Source of the DNA: an uncultured Oscillospiraceae bacterium
GTDB taxonomy: Bacteria; Bacillota; Clostridia; Christensenellales; CAG-314
Length of the DNA: 64,000 nucleotides
Reading direction: 5' to 3'
Assembly (NCBI GenBank): GCA_964535505.1
Contig: CAZHUH010000001.1
Coordinates: 125,591-189,590, forward strand
In this document: piece after piece, positions 28,757 through 37,418 of the stretch
Position numbering within the stretch: position 1 is the stretch's first letter
Layout of the letters: each line of letters begins with the position of its first letter
Position numbers and translations under genes: made by a program
Notes under the pieces: generated by a model
Database searches by the model: none
The model's input: only the letters and a program-made list of their open reading frames with translations
What the model was told of the DNA's origin: nothing

Positions 28757-30061
28757 CTACTTTTTGTTTTTGCTTTGTCGGCAACCGATATCCTGTCCGA
28801 TTCCGCTGGGGGTATAAAACACTTCGTCTTTTACTTCGTCGGGTAAGTATTGCTGCTCTACCCAACTGCCGTAGCTGTGCGGATATTTGTACGGAATTTC
28901 ATCCAAGCTTTCGGTATCTCGCGGAAAGTTTTTGTCCATAAGATAACTTGGCACACGTGCGGTAGGATGTTCCTTTGCGCACCGCGTGGCTTCCTCCAAT
29001 GCAGTTACCACAGAATTGGATTTCGGACAGTTGCAAATGTACAAAATTGCCTGCGAAAGCGGAATTCTGCCTTCGGGCAAGCCTATGTGTTGAAATGCCG
29101 TAAGCGCACTTGTTGCCACCACCAATGCCATTGGGTCGGCCAAGCCCACGTCTTCCGAAGCGTGAATAACAATCCTGCGTGCCAAAAGCAAAGGGTCGGT
29201 GCCTGCTTCCAAAAGGCGCTCAAACCAAAACATTGCCGCGTTGGCATCGCTGCCGCGCATACTTTTGATAAATGCGCTTATCATATCGTAATACATTCCC
29301 GTATCCACCGAAAGCGCTTTCTTTTGAGTTGACTGCGACGCCGTCATTCTGTCTACGTGAATTGCGCCGTTTGTATCCATATCGGTGGTCATAACGGCAA
29401 GTTCCAATGCGTTGTATGCACTGCGCATATCGCCTGCGCAAGTTTCGGCAATGTAGTCCAAGGCGTCGTCGTCCACTACAATTTTCTTTTTGGAAAGCAC
29501 GACATCGCGCTGCAACGCATCGCGTAAACCCTTCAAAATGTCGGCACGAGTCAACGGCAAAAATTCAAACACACGGCAACGAGAAACAATTGCGCGAGTC
29601 ATTGCCACGTATGGGTTTTCCGTTGTGGAGCCGATAAACGTGATTATGCCTTTTTCGATGGCAGGCAAAACGCAATCGCTTTGCGCCTTGCTCCACCGAT
29701 GACATTCATCCAAAAGCAAATAGGTCTTTTGTCCGTAGGCATTGAAACGCTTTGTAGCTTCGTCAATTACTTTCTTTGCGTCTGCCACCCCACTGCTGAC
29801 GGCATTCATCTTTTCGAAATGACTGCCCGTTGTGTTGGCAATTATGTTTGCCAAAGAAGTTTTTCCTGTGCCGGGAGCACCCCAAAATATGCAACTACCA
29901 AGCCTATCTGCCTTTATGGCGCGGCAAAGCAACGAGCCATCGTAAATTATGTGCGATTGTCCGATAAATTGTGAAAGAACTTTGGGACGCATACGCTCAG
30001 CCAATGGTATGTTCAAAGTCTTTTCTTGTTGAAAAATCGAGTTTTGTTCATATAGTGCCAT
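28757..30061 (-). CDS. rarA: Replication-associated recombination protein A (AAA+ ATPase)
   Basis: 434 aa. Walker A GAPGTGKTS, Walker B LLLDECH, MgsA C-terminal domain. Confidence 0.93.
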   Translation of the reverse strand: MALYEQNSIFQQEKTLNIPLAERMRPKVLSQFIGQSHIIYDGSLLCRAIKADRLGSCIFWGAPGTGKTSLANIIANTTGSHFEKMNAVSSGVADAKKVIDEATKRFNAYGQKTYLLLDECHRWSKAQSDCVLPAIEKGIITFIGSTTENPYVAMTRAIVSRCRVFEFLPLTRADILKGLRDALQRDVVLSKKKIVVDDDALDYIAETCAGDMRSAYNALELAVMTTDMDTNGAIHVDRMTASQSTQKKALSVDTGMYYDMISAFIKSMRGSDANAAMFWFERLLEAGTDPLLLARRIVIHASEDVGLADPMALVVATSALTAFQHIGLPEGRIPLSQAILYICNCPKSNSVVTALEEATRCAKEHPTARVPSYLMDKNFPRDTESLDEIPYKYPHSYGSWVEQQYLPDEVKDEVFYTPSGIGQDIGCRQSKNKK

Positions 30062-30166
30062 AATACAAGTTTACCATTTTTCCCAAACTATTGCAACGGT
30101 CTGGCAAAAGAATTATAAATATTATTTTATATATAAAAGTGCCAAAACGATTTTTCGCCTTAACTT

Positions 30167-30263
30167 CTTTCGGTTTTGCAATTCAATAGGTATTTCCCGA
30201 AAGAAATTTTTGCTTTTTCTTCTTTCGATTGAACAATTCATTGCTTTCGGTTTTGCAATTCAA
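30167..30263 (+). repeat. Perfect 20-nt direct repeat (plus one degenerate copy between) upstream of murG
   Basis: CTTTCGGTTTTGCAATTCAA at 30167-30186 and 30244-30263. Degenerate copy CTTTCGATTGAACAATTCA near 30221. Confidence 0.8.
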
Positions 30264-30298
30264 CCCATATTTTTAGCGCAACAAAATATACTATAAGT

Positions 30299-31360
30299 AT
30301 GAAAATAGTTTTTTGCGGCGGAGGAACCGCAGGTCACGTGATGCCCAACGTTGCCATAATCAACAAGTTGCAAAAGGAAGCATGTTTTTACATCGGTACC
30401 GACGGAATGGAAAAGCAATTGACAAAAAAATTAGTAACCGAAGGGAAAATCAAAGGCTACTACGAAATAAGCGCCGCTAAGTTGCAACGGAAACTTACCC
30501 TGAAAAATTTTGAATTGCCCTTTGTTTTGCTTAAAAGCATCAAGCAGTCCAAAGCGCACTTGAAAGAAATTGCTCCCGATGTTGTTTTCAGCAAAGGCGG
30601 CTATGTCGGGTTGCCCGTTGTGGTTGCGGCAAAACTGTTAGGTGTACCGACCATAGTTCACGAAAGCGACATGACCATGGGGCTTGCCAACAAAATTTCT
30701 GCACTGTTTGCAAAAGAAGTACTCACCACCTACCCCACCTACAAAAAGTACAACGCCGTAGGGTGCATTGTTCGAGATGAAATATTGCACGGAAACCGAC
30801 AAAAGGGTTTGAATACCATGTGCTTTGACGGCCGCAAACCGATTTTATTGGTGATGGGAGGAAGCTTGGGCGCAAAGGCCTTGAACGATGCCGTTTGCGC
30901 AAACGAAAATTTATCGCAGCAGTTTGATATTTTTGTAATTTGCGGCAAAAACAAGAAACTGAATTGCAATTTTGTTCATCAGACGGAGTTTGTTTCCAAC
31001 ATTGCGGATATTTTTGCAGCAACCTCCGTTTGCTTAACACGAGCCGGCAGCAACGCCCTTGCAGAACTGACATTGGCAAACGTTCCATTTGTGGCGGTGC
31101 CGCTGGAAAAGTGCTCGCGTGGCGAACAAATTAAAAACGCCAAGTGGTACGCAAAAAACGGTTGTTGTCTTTGCGTTTCGGAAAACGACCTAAAGGACAA
31201 ATTGCCCCTTTCAATAAAAACTATTTACGACAACAGAGACAATTTGATACGCAAACAAAAACTTTTGGCAGACCTTTACGGCACAGATAAGGTTGTAAAC
31301 TGTATTTTGAAATACGAAAACACCATTGAAGCGCACGCATGGCTTGCAAAACAGCGTTAA
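30299..31360 (+). CDS. murG: Undecaprenyldiphospho-muramoylpentapeptide beta-N-acetylglucosaminyltransferase (MurG-type GT28)
   Basis: 353 aa. N-terminal GGGTAGHV motif and GT28 C-terminal domain. Not in a dcw cluster and has no recognisable SD. Confidence 0.85.
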   Translation: MKIVFCGGGTAGHVMPNVAIINKLQKEACFYIGTDGMEKQLTKKLVTEGKIKGYYEISAAKLQRKLTLKNFELPFVLLKSIKQSKAHLKEIAPDVVFSKGGYVGLPVVVAAKLLGVPTIVHESDMTMGLANKISALFAKEVLTTYPTYKKYNAVGCIVRDEILHGNRQKGLNTMCFDGRKPILLVMGGSLGAKALNDAVCANENLSQQFDIFVICGKNKKLNCNFVHQTEFVSNIADIFAATSVCLTRAGSNALAELTLANVPFVAVPLEKCSRGEQIKNAKWYAKNGCCLCVSENDLKDKLPLSIKTIYDNRDNLIRKQKLLADLYGTDKVVNCILKYENTIEAHAWLAKQR

Positions 31361-31406
31361 GCAAAAACTGCCTTTCAAAATATTTTTAAATAACGCCGGT
31401 TTTGTT

Positions 31407-31430
31407 TCTATGTCTGAAATAATATTCTGC
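31407..31430 (+). repeat. REP-like intergenic element, copy 5 (between convergent murG and cvpA)
   Basis: TCTATGTCTGAAATAATATTCTGC. Confidence 0.75.
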
Positions 31431-31456
31431 ACTAACTAAAAAAATAGAATAATTTG

Positions 31457-31490
31457 CAAAAAAATGTCCCTTGCGAAGTTGCGAGGGACA
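31457..31490 (-). terminator. Intrinsic terminator after cvpA
   Basis: 10-bp stem TGTCCCTTGC/GCGAGGGACA with a 6-nt loop, followed by T8 on the minus strand. Confidence 0.7.
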
Positions 31491-31533
31491 AAATATTTAG
31501 TATTTACACTGCGTCTTGAGGCAACCTTCCAAA

Positions 31534-32061
31534 TTAAGTCGCCGAGAAATAGGTAGACAGTGCGTTTTGCACAACATCGGCAATCCAATTGCCGAAAAAG
31601 TTGTTTTTGTAGACATTTGCAACAATCCAACTGCCGTCCATTTGTGATTGCAAGGCTTTTTTTATGGAAACCAAAATGCCTGCCGATGTGTTTGTCAACA
31701 GTCCGACAAACACGGCAATCACCAAATATGCCATCACTAAGCCCATAATTCCGCCCAAAACAATATCCAATCCTTTGAAGAACGGAACGGATCTGAACGC
31801 CTTTCGCAACAAAAAGGACACGAGACAGCACACAGATGAGAGTATAACCATCGTTGCAACCACCGCAACAATAACACGCACGGTGCCGTTGGGTATTACG
31901 CTCACCAGCCACATATCAGGGAACACAAACAAATACGACGTGCCCATAATAACAACTGCACAGCTTACAAGCGAAAACAATTGTTTCAAAAACCCTTGGC
32001 AAAAACCCAAAATCATACCAAGCACAAATATACCCAAAAATACAAAATCAATTACTACCAC
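31534..32061 (-). CDS. CvpA-family membrane protein
   Basis: 175 aa, four hydrophobic segments, N-terminus MVVIDFVFLGIFVLGMILGFCQGF typical of the CvpA family. Confidence 0.7.
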   Translation of the reverse strand: MVVIDFVFLGIFVLGMILGFCQGFLKQLFSLVSCAVVIMGTSYLFVFPDMWLVSVIPNGTVRVIVAVVATMVILSSVCCLVSFLLRKAFRSVPFFKGLDIVLGGIMGLVMAYLVIAVFVGLLTNTSAGILVSIKKALQSQMDGSWIVANVYKNNFFGNWIADVVQNALSTYFSAT

Positions 32062-32070
32062 CTTCGCCCC

Positions 32071-33084
32071 CTATTTTGAAAAGTTAATGCGAATGCTGCC
32101 AACGTCAACCTCTACAAATAAATTTCCCGCTGCGCCTGCATTGGCTGTTGTGGAAATGTTAGATGAGCCTATGCCCTTTTCAACTGTAATATTATATTCG
32201 CTGCGCGAACGATTTACAGTTCCGGAAACGGAGCCGGTGTTGCTTTCCAAACGTATATTTTTTGCCGCCGTTTCAAAGTTTACCGAGCCGGCATCCGATC
32301 TTATATCCAAAACTTCCGTTTCCACATTGCAATTTACATTGCCGGCAACAACTTCAACAATAGCTTTTTCTTCCGCCGTTGTTTCAAGAATTTTTACCGA
32401 ACCTGCGTCTGAATGTACGTCGAGCACATCGCAATACAACGAATTTACGCTTACAGAACCTGCTTGCGTTTTGAGCGTTACCAGGCTTGAGGTTACCTTG
32501 TCCAAAAATACCGAGCCCGCTTCGGTGCTTAGCGTCAAGTCGGCAGTGCTTATGCCGTCAAGATTAATGCTACCTGCGGAAAGTTTGCACGACACGTTCC
32601 CCAAAATCAAACCGACATTATCCTTTACGTCAAAATTACCAACATTGGAAGTTACATTTACGTTCACTTCCACACCTGTCGGAACTTCAACAACGATAAA
32701 TCTTTTTTTGCCGAAGATATCACCGAAAAACGCAAAGGGAAACCAACCCGATTCGTCGTCTTCCTCAACGGTAACGTGGTTGTTGCCGTTGTTGGCAATG
32801 TTTATCGTAACGCCCTTGTTGAGCATTTCGTATAAATATTTCACTTGGACTTTGTTGCCAACATCCGAACAACGCAAATACACCGAATAACTGTTGGCAA
32901 AAATATGCAAATTCAATGGACTCGTCAAATCTACTTCTACGCTATCACTTGCATCCGCTGCGGAAATATCCTGAACAAATGCGTTTTTCATGTTGTCAAA
33001 CCCCCTAATACATCCAAATACACACGCCAAAACCAGGCCCACTACAACCAGCAATATGCCCAGTGCGATAAAAAACTTTTTCAT
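32071..33084 (-). CDS. DUF4097-type putative beta-helical surface protein with N-terminal membrane anchor
   Basis: 337 aa, TM anchor, then about 7 tandem ~20-aa units each containing (A/T)GS(V/I): SAGSINL, EAGSVFL, QAGSVSV, DAGSVKI, VAGNVNC, DAGSVNF, NTGSVSG. Confidence 0.65.
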   Translation of the reverse strand: MKKFFIALGILLVVVGLVLACVFGCIRGFDNMKNAFVQDISAADASDSVEVDLTSPLNLHIFANSYSVYLRCSDVGNKVQVKYLYEMLNKGVTINIANNGNNHVTVEEDDESGWFPFAFFGDIFGKKRFIVVEVPTGVEVNVNVTSNVGNFDVKDNVGLILGNVSCKLSAGSINLDGISTADLTLSTEAGSVFLDKVTSSLVTLKTQAGSVSVNSLYCDVLDVHSDAGSVKILETTAEEKAIVEVVAGNVNCNVETEVLDIRSDAGSVNFETAAKNIRLESNTGSVSGTVNRSRSEYNITVEKGIGSSNISTTANAGAAGNLFVEVDVGSIRINFSK

Positions 33085-33090
33085 AATTCA

Positions 33091-34263
33091 CTACTCCTTT
33101 GCATTGAAACACGCCGATATTGTTTTGCCAAACTGCTTGCACATTTTGACGCAATACTTAAATACACTTGCCATGCCGAAAGTGAACACCAATCCCAATC
33201 CAACCAAAACCAGTGCCGCACCCAGCATCAAAATTCCCCAGTAGATATCCGCAACAAAATTTGCAAAGGAGGCAATCAACATCACCAAGCCGCCGCAAAT
33301 CATGCCTAGGCCTGTGCAGAATAACCCTATTACTGCCGACCAAACCACAACCATCACGTAAACCAAAATTATGGTAAGCAACACTCCGGCAATAACTCTG
33401 CCGACATTTGCGCTTTTGCCCTGCGTTGTGCCGCTGGAATTACCATTTGAACTTTTGTTGTCAGAGGCAGTGTCATGCGAATTTGCAGTTGATTGTGCCG
33501 AAGATTTTTTACTCTCGTAGTTTTCGTCGATACCTACGTTTTTGGAAATGTACGAGCCAATTGTGTAGTAAAGCGGAATGGTTATAAATAACACCCACAT
33601 AGGATGCCACAACTTGCCGTAAAAGCCACACAAAAGGTAAATTATCACCACCAAAACGGGATAGCAAAAAAGGTGCCAATTATGTTTTTCTATCGCTTCT
33701 ATAAGCGTTATTACCACGGGGATGAGCAAAAACACCATCCACCCGGGGTGCCACAAGTTGAAGAACGCACCCAACACGAAAAACATCAAAGTGCAAATCA
33801 ACGTTACCATTCCGCCAAAGGATTCTCTGCCCTTGTTAGAATGAAATTCCACTTTTACTTTGTGGCGGTTGCCTTTTTTGAACTTTGCGCCGCGGTCGAT
33901 TCCGCTTTGGTTCTGTTTTTCGTTTTTCGTATCAGCTTCTTCATTTTCGGTGTTCTCCGAAACCGTAACAGGTTGCTCCGCAAAAGTTTCTTCATCGTTT
34001 TCTTCTATCGAATCGGGCGAAGAATAGATATATTCGTCCGCTTTGGGGTTGTTTTTACCTTCGTTGTAGAAATCCACCAAAATTTTGTTTGCAACATCGT
34101 AAGGATTTCCGAATTCCGCCACAATTTCTTTTTCACTCATTCCGGCTTCGATTTTATCGGAAAAGAGTTCGCTGTAGTATTCCAACACTCTTTGCTGCTC
34201 GCTGTTCGGCAAACCCGAAATTCCCTTTTTAAGTTGCCTTTCCCATTCAAACTTTGTCATCAA
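33091..34263 (-). CDS. DUF1700-type membrane sensor partner of PadR
   Basis: 390 aa. N-terminal DUF1700 pattern (QLKKGISGLPNSEQQRVLEYYSELFSD...GMSEKEIVAEFGNP), acidic linker, then at least 6 TM segments. Confidence 0.7.
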   Translation of the reverse strand: MMTKFEWERQLKKGISGLPNSEQQRVLEYYSELFSDKIEAGMSEKEIVAEFGNPYDVANKILVDFYNEGKNNPKADEYIYSSPDSIEENDEETFAEQPVTVSENTENEEADTKNEKQNQSGIDRGAKFKKGNRHKVKVEFHSNKGRESFGGMVTLICTLMFFVLGAFFNLWHPGWMVFLLIPVVITLIEAIEKHNWHLFCYPVLVVIIYLLCGFYGKLWHPMWVLFITIPLYYTIGSYISKNVGIDENYESKKSSAQSTANSHDTASDNKSSNGNSSGTTQGKSANVGRVIAGVLLTIILVYVMVVVWSAVIGLFCTGLGMICGGLVMLIASFANFVADIYWGILMLGAALVLVGLGLVFTFGMASVFKYCVKMCKQFGKTISACFNAKE

Positions 34264-34575
34264 CTAATTATCTCCTTTCCGAATAAATTCGGATACCCTA
34301 TTTAGCTCGTTAATATCTCGCAAAAATGCTTTTATTTTACCAACGCCTTGCTCAGTTATGCGATAGTATTTTCGCAACCTACCGTTATATTCCTTTGTGT
34401 GAGTAACAAGAAACCCACCGCTTTCCAGGCGCTTCAAAATGGGATAAAGCGTAGATTCGGATATATCTATATACGGCGAAATATCGCTTATAATTTTGTA
34501 TCCGTAAGATTCTTCCTTGCGAAGTGCCGCCAAAACAAACACTTCCAAGAAGCCTTTTTTTAATTGTGCATCCAC
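34264..34575 (-). CDS. PadR-family transcriptional regulator (short subfamily)
   Basis: 103 aa winged-helix pattern (LEVFVLAALRKEESYGYKI...STLYPILKRLESGGFL). Confidence 0.85.
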   Translation of the reverse strand: MDAQLKKGFLEVFVLAALRKEESYGYKIISDISPYIDISESTLYPILKRLESGGFLVTHTKEYNGRLRKYYRITEQGVGKIKAFLRDINELNRVSEFIRKGDN

Positions 34576-34650
34576 AAAAATTTCTCCCTTTAGGATTTTT
34601 AACTGAATATAGTGCCTTTAAATTTCGCGTTATACATCGTTATGCCTAAT

Positions 34651-34679
34651 ACTATACAATACATAGTATTGCTTGTCAA
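34651..34679 (-). promoter_or_regulatory. Sigma-A promoter of the padR operon with an embedded palindrome
   Basis: Minus strand TTGACA-17 nt-TATAGT. The spacer and -10 carry the palindrome AATACTAT-N7-ATAGTATT, a candidate autoregulatory operator. Confidence 0.65.
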
Positions 34680-34730
34680 GAGTTTTGTTAACAAATTTTC
34701 GCATTATTTTGCATTTTTTTCAAAAAGCGT

Positions 34731-34791
34731 GATTTTGGGGTAAAAAAACGAGAATTTGGGTGAAAAAAAGAGATTTAGAAATAAATAAGCC
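34731..34791. repeat. Three 21-bp phased A-tract units upstream of the padR promoter
   Basis: GATTTTGGGGTAAAAAAACG / GAATTTGGGTGAAAAAAAGA / GATTTAGAAATAAATAAGCC. Confidence 0.55.
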
Positions 34792-34869
34792 GTAGTTTAT
34801 GTGTAAAGAAATCACGCTATGCTGGTGGGAAAACTATGATTTCAACGTTTCCCCCTGCTTTGCGCTTAG

Positions 34870-35169
34870 TTATAAAATTTGTTTTTCAAATGAACACCAC
34901 ATCTTTGAGAGAACAACCTTCGATTTTGCATAAGATGTGTGGATAGAAATATGCTCCGTTACTATTTTATTTTGAAATCCAACCCCACCATGTTCTTCGC
35001 TCAAATTTCTATTTTCGTCCACCTGTCTAGCCGTTTTTTGGATCATAGCGTTATCGCTCGTCAATGCCGCGAAAGGAGAGAATTGCGCCGCCCTGTCCAA
35101 AAGTGACATTTGCGGATGGGTTTTCGATATATAATGAAGATGGTTAATAATGCTGTCATACTTGCCCAT
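34870..35169 (-). CDS. YolD-like family protein, probably C-terminally degenerate
   Basis: 99 aa. The N-terminal half (MSLLDRAAQFSPFAALTSDNAMIQKTARQVDE) matches the clostridial YolD-like pattern as I remember it. The C-terminal half does not. No adjacent Y-family polymerase gene. Confidence 0.5.
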   Translation of the reverse strand: MGKYDSIINHLHYISKTHPQMSLLDRAAQFSPFAALTSDNAMIQKTARQVDENRNLSEEHGGVGFQNKIVTEHISIHTSYAKSKVVLSKMWCSFEKQIL

Positions 35170-35260
35170 GTTACCTCACCCCCCTAACCATTTGAATGTG
35201 CCTCTACCCTCTACAAGGCTCTGATATTCATTTACACATAGGAAATTAAACCCTTTATGT

Positions 35261-35296
35261 AAAAGAAAACAGGTTCAATACTTTCGTATCAAACCT
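35261..35296 (-). terminator. Intrinsic terminator after tRNA-Ala
   Basis: Minus strand AGGTTTGATAC-GAAA-GTATTGAACCT (11 bp, two G-U) followed by GTTTTCTTTT. Confidence 0.6.
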
Positions 35297-35308
35297 ATGC
35301 TTTTCTTA

Positions 35309-35384
35309 TGGTGGAGCTAAGGGGATTCGAACCCCTGGCCTTTTGACTGCCAGTCAAACGCGCTACCAACTGCGCCATAGCCCC
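35309..35384 (-). tRNA. tRNA-Ala (anticodon GGC), CCA encoded
   Basis: Hand-folded cloverleaf. Acceptor GGGGCUA/UAGCUCC with the G3:U70 Ala identity pair. Anticodon loop CUGGCAG. T-arm GGTTCGAATCC. Confidence 0.95.
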
Positions 35385-35455
35385 AAATTATTTTTGGGTT
35401 CGACATTTTGGCTGTATAACGTTACCAAACTGCGGCAAAATTCATTTGCAAATGT

Positions 35456-35484
35456 ATTATACAATAAAACCGTGTGTATGTCAA
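35456..35484 (-). promoter_or_regulatory. Consensus sigma-A promoter for tRNA-Ala
   Basis: Minus strand TTGACA-17 nt-TATAAT, about 65 nt upstream of the mature tRNA 5' end. Confidence 0.7.
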
Positions 35485-35536
35485 AGCAAATTTCGGTTTT
35501 CTTTAATGATTTTTTTATTGCGTATATTTTATAATG

Positions 35537-35570
35537 TCTTGCGAAAGATAATGATTTCGCAAGATTTTTT
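35537..35570 (+). terminator. Orphan plus-strand intrinsic terminator
   Basis: Perfect 10-bp stem TCTTGCGAAA/TTTCGCAAGA, 8-nt loop, then T6. No annotated plus-strand gene upstream. Confidence 0.6.
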
Positions 35571-35613
35571 ATCAAATCAAATCGTTGCAATGCTTTTTGA
35601 CATTTTCTTGATT

Positions 35614-35941
35614 TTATATTCTTTGCAAATGAGAATACTCAAAACGCACAAGCGGAAAGGCGATTGCATACATTTTCAGCCGTACTGTGCCCAAATTACC
35701 CGCCGTTAAAGCCCTTAGCCGCACTCGCCACACCCCACCCACACCGCCTGCGGAATTTTCAGCCGCCTCATCGGCAAATGCCTGCACGGCGGTTACTCCC
35801 GAAAGTTCATCCGCGCTTTTTGACGCCTGTTTTATTCCCTCGCCGCCTAAACTTTCAAGCATTGAGCGAACCTCCGAATGTATTTTGCCGCCCGATGCGC
35901 CGCCGAACCGGTAGCAGAGCGAGAATGAAAAGAAGTCGCAT
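35614..35941 (-). pseudogene. Frameshifted small ORF of unknown family with an apparently intact promoter and SD
   Basis: AAGGAG-8 nt-ATG at 35941 opens MRLLFILALLPV... and stops after 28 codons. The adjacent frame continues ...GGASGGKIHSEVRSMLESLGGEGIKQASKSADELSGVTAVQAFADEAAENSAGGVGG... to 35614. TTGAAT-16 nt-TAATAT lies upstream. The stretch is locally GC-rich. Confidence 0.3.
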
Positions 35942-36426
35942 AAATTTTACTCCTTGCATATTTCGATATTATCAGTATATACAAGTAATTCAATGAAAGT
36001 TTTTAAAAGTTATTCGCAAGAAGTCCCCAAAGCGGCAGCTCTACGGAAAACAACGCCAATAGGAACTTGAACAATGGCGTAAACGGCAGTTCAGAAAGCA
36101 AAAAAGCGGAATGATTTCCGCGGTGGAAATGGGCTTAAATTTTGTCGCGGGCGATAAACGGTAAAAGCGAAGGACAGATTTTGAACACAATCATTGCCGA
36201 AGCGGAGCACAGAAAGCGCACGGAAACGCTTACTAACACAGATTTAGACAATTTTACAACAGTCTTCAACCGCTAGACGGATTTAAGCAAAAAACCTAAA
36301 GAAATGATAACCACATTGAAACAAATTATATTACCCGAAAGCGGCACCATGCAAATTCACGGCACCGCTTCCAAGCGTATTAAAAATCAGAAGAATTGAA
36401 ACAAATAAGCAAATACTCAAAAGAAA

Positions 36427-37356
36427 TTAATCGGCAAACAACGGCGTTGAAAGATATCTGTCACCCGTGTCGGGAAGCACAACCACGATGTTTTTGCCAA
36501 TGTTTTCGGGGCGTTTGGCAAGTTCTGTCGCCGCCCACAGCGCCGCGCCCGATGAAATGCCCACAAGGAAGCCCTCTACCCTGCCAAGCTCTTTGCCCGT
36601 GGCAAAAGCCGCCTCGTTTTCAACGGTTATAATTTCGTCGTAGATCTTTGTATCGAGCACGTCTGGCACAAAACCTGCGCCTATGCCCTGTATTTTATGC
36701 GTGCCCGCAACGCCCGTTGAAAGCACAGCGGAAGTGGCCGGTTCCACAGCTACTATCTTAACATTGGGGTTTTTCCCCTTCAAATACTGCCCCGCACCAG
36801 TAATGGTACCGCCCGTTCCAACCCCTGCAACGAAAATATCAACCTTGCCTTCGGTATCCTCCCAAATTTCGGGACCCGTAGTGGCAAAATGCGCGGCGGG
36901 GTTTGCGGGATTGACAAACTGCCCTATAATTATACTACCTTCTATTTCGGCTTTGAGTTCTTCGGCTTTGGCAATAGCGCCCTTCATGCCCTTCGCACCA
37001 TCAGTAAGCACAATCTGTGCGCCGTATGCTTTGATAAGGCTGCGGCGTTCCACGCTCATCGTTTCAGGCATAGTGAGAATGACTTTATACCCCTTTGCCG
37101 CCGCAATAGCCGCAAGACCTATACCCGTATTGCCGGACGTAGGCTCTATGATGGTTGCTCCCGCTTTAAGCTTGCCGCTTTTTTCCGCATCCTCAATCAT
37201 GGCTTTTGCGATTCTGTCCTTGACGGAACCCGCAGGGTTGAAGTATTCCAATTTTGCCAATACTTTGGCTTTGAGGTTGTGTTTATTTTCGTAATTTGTT
37301 AATTCAAGAAGGGGTGTTTTACCCACAAGCTCTGTTATTGATTTATATACAGGCAT
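36427..37356 (-). CDS. cysK: Cysteine synthase A (O-acetylserine sulfhydrylase)
   Basis: 309 aa. PLP-lysine region NPAGSVKDR and GTGGT loop. Full-length CysK pattern. Confidence 0.95.
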   Translation of the reverse strand: MPVYKSITELVGKTPLLELTNYENKHNLKAKVLAKLEYFNPAGSVKDRIAKAMIEDAEKSGKLKAGATIIEPTSGNTGIGLAAIAAAKGYKVILTMPETMSVERRSLIKAYGAQIVLTDGAKGMKGAIAKAEELKAEIEGSIIIGQFVNPANPAAHFATTGPEIWEDTEGKVDIFVAGVGTGGTITGAGQYLKGKNPNVKIVAVEPATSAVLSTGVAGTHKIQGIGAGFVPDVLDTKIYDEIITVENEAAFATGKELGRVEGFLVGISSGAALWAATELAKRPENIGKNIVVVLPDTGDRYLSTPLFAD

Positions 37357-37418
37357 TTTATTATTCTCCTTTTGACGTCATTTTATTTTTTTTTGAATTT
37401 TTATAGCGTAATTTGGCT

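Noticed and set aside
28578-28865. 95-aa minus-strand ORF after rarA.
   Set aside because: It overlaps the rarA 3' end and otherwise just reads through the phased A-tract tandem array.
31664-32890. 408-aa plus-strand ORF, the longest unannotated ORF in the track.
   Set aside because: It is antisense to the cvpA and DUF4097 genes. It is Thr/Ser/Pro-rich, mirroring the repeat structure of the sense gene. It has no SD. This is a shadow ORF.
36330-36375. Terminator for cysK (GGAAGCGG...CCGCTTTC).
   Set aside because: It is an 8-bp stem with a 20-nt loop and no downstream U-tract, which is too weak to call.
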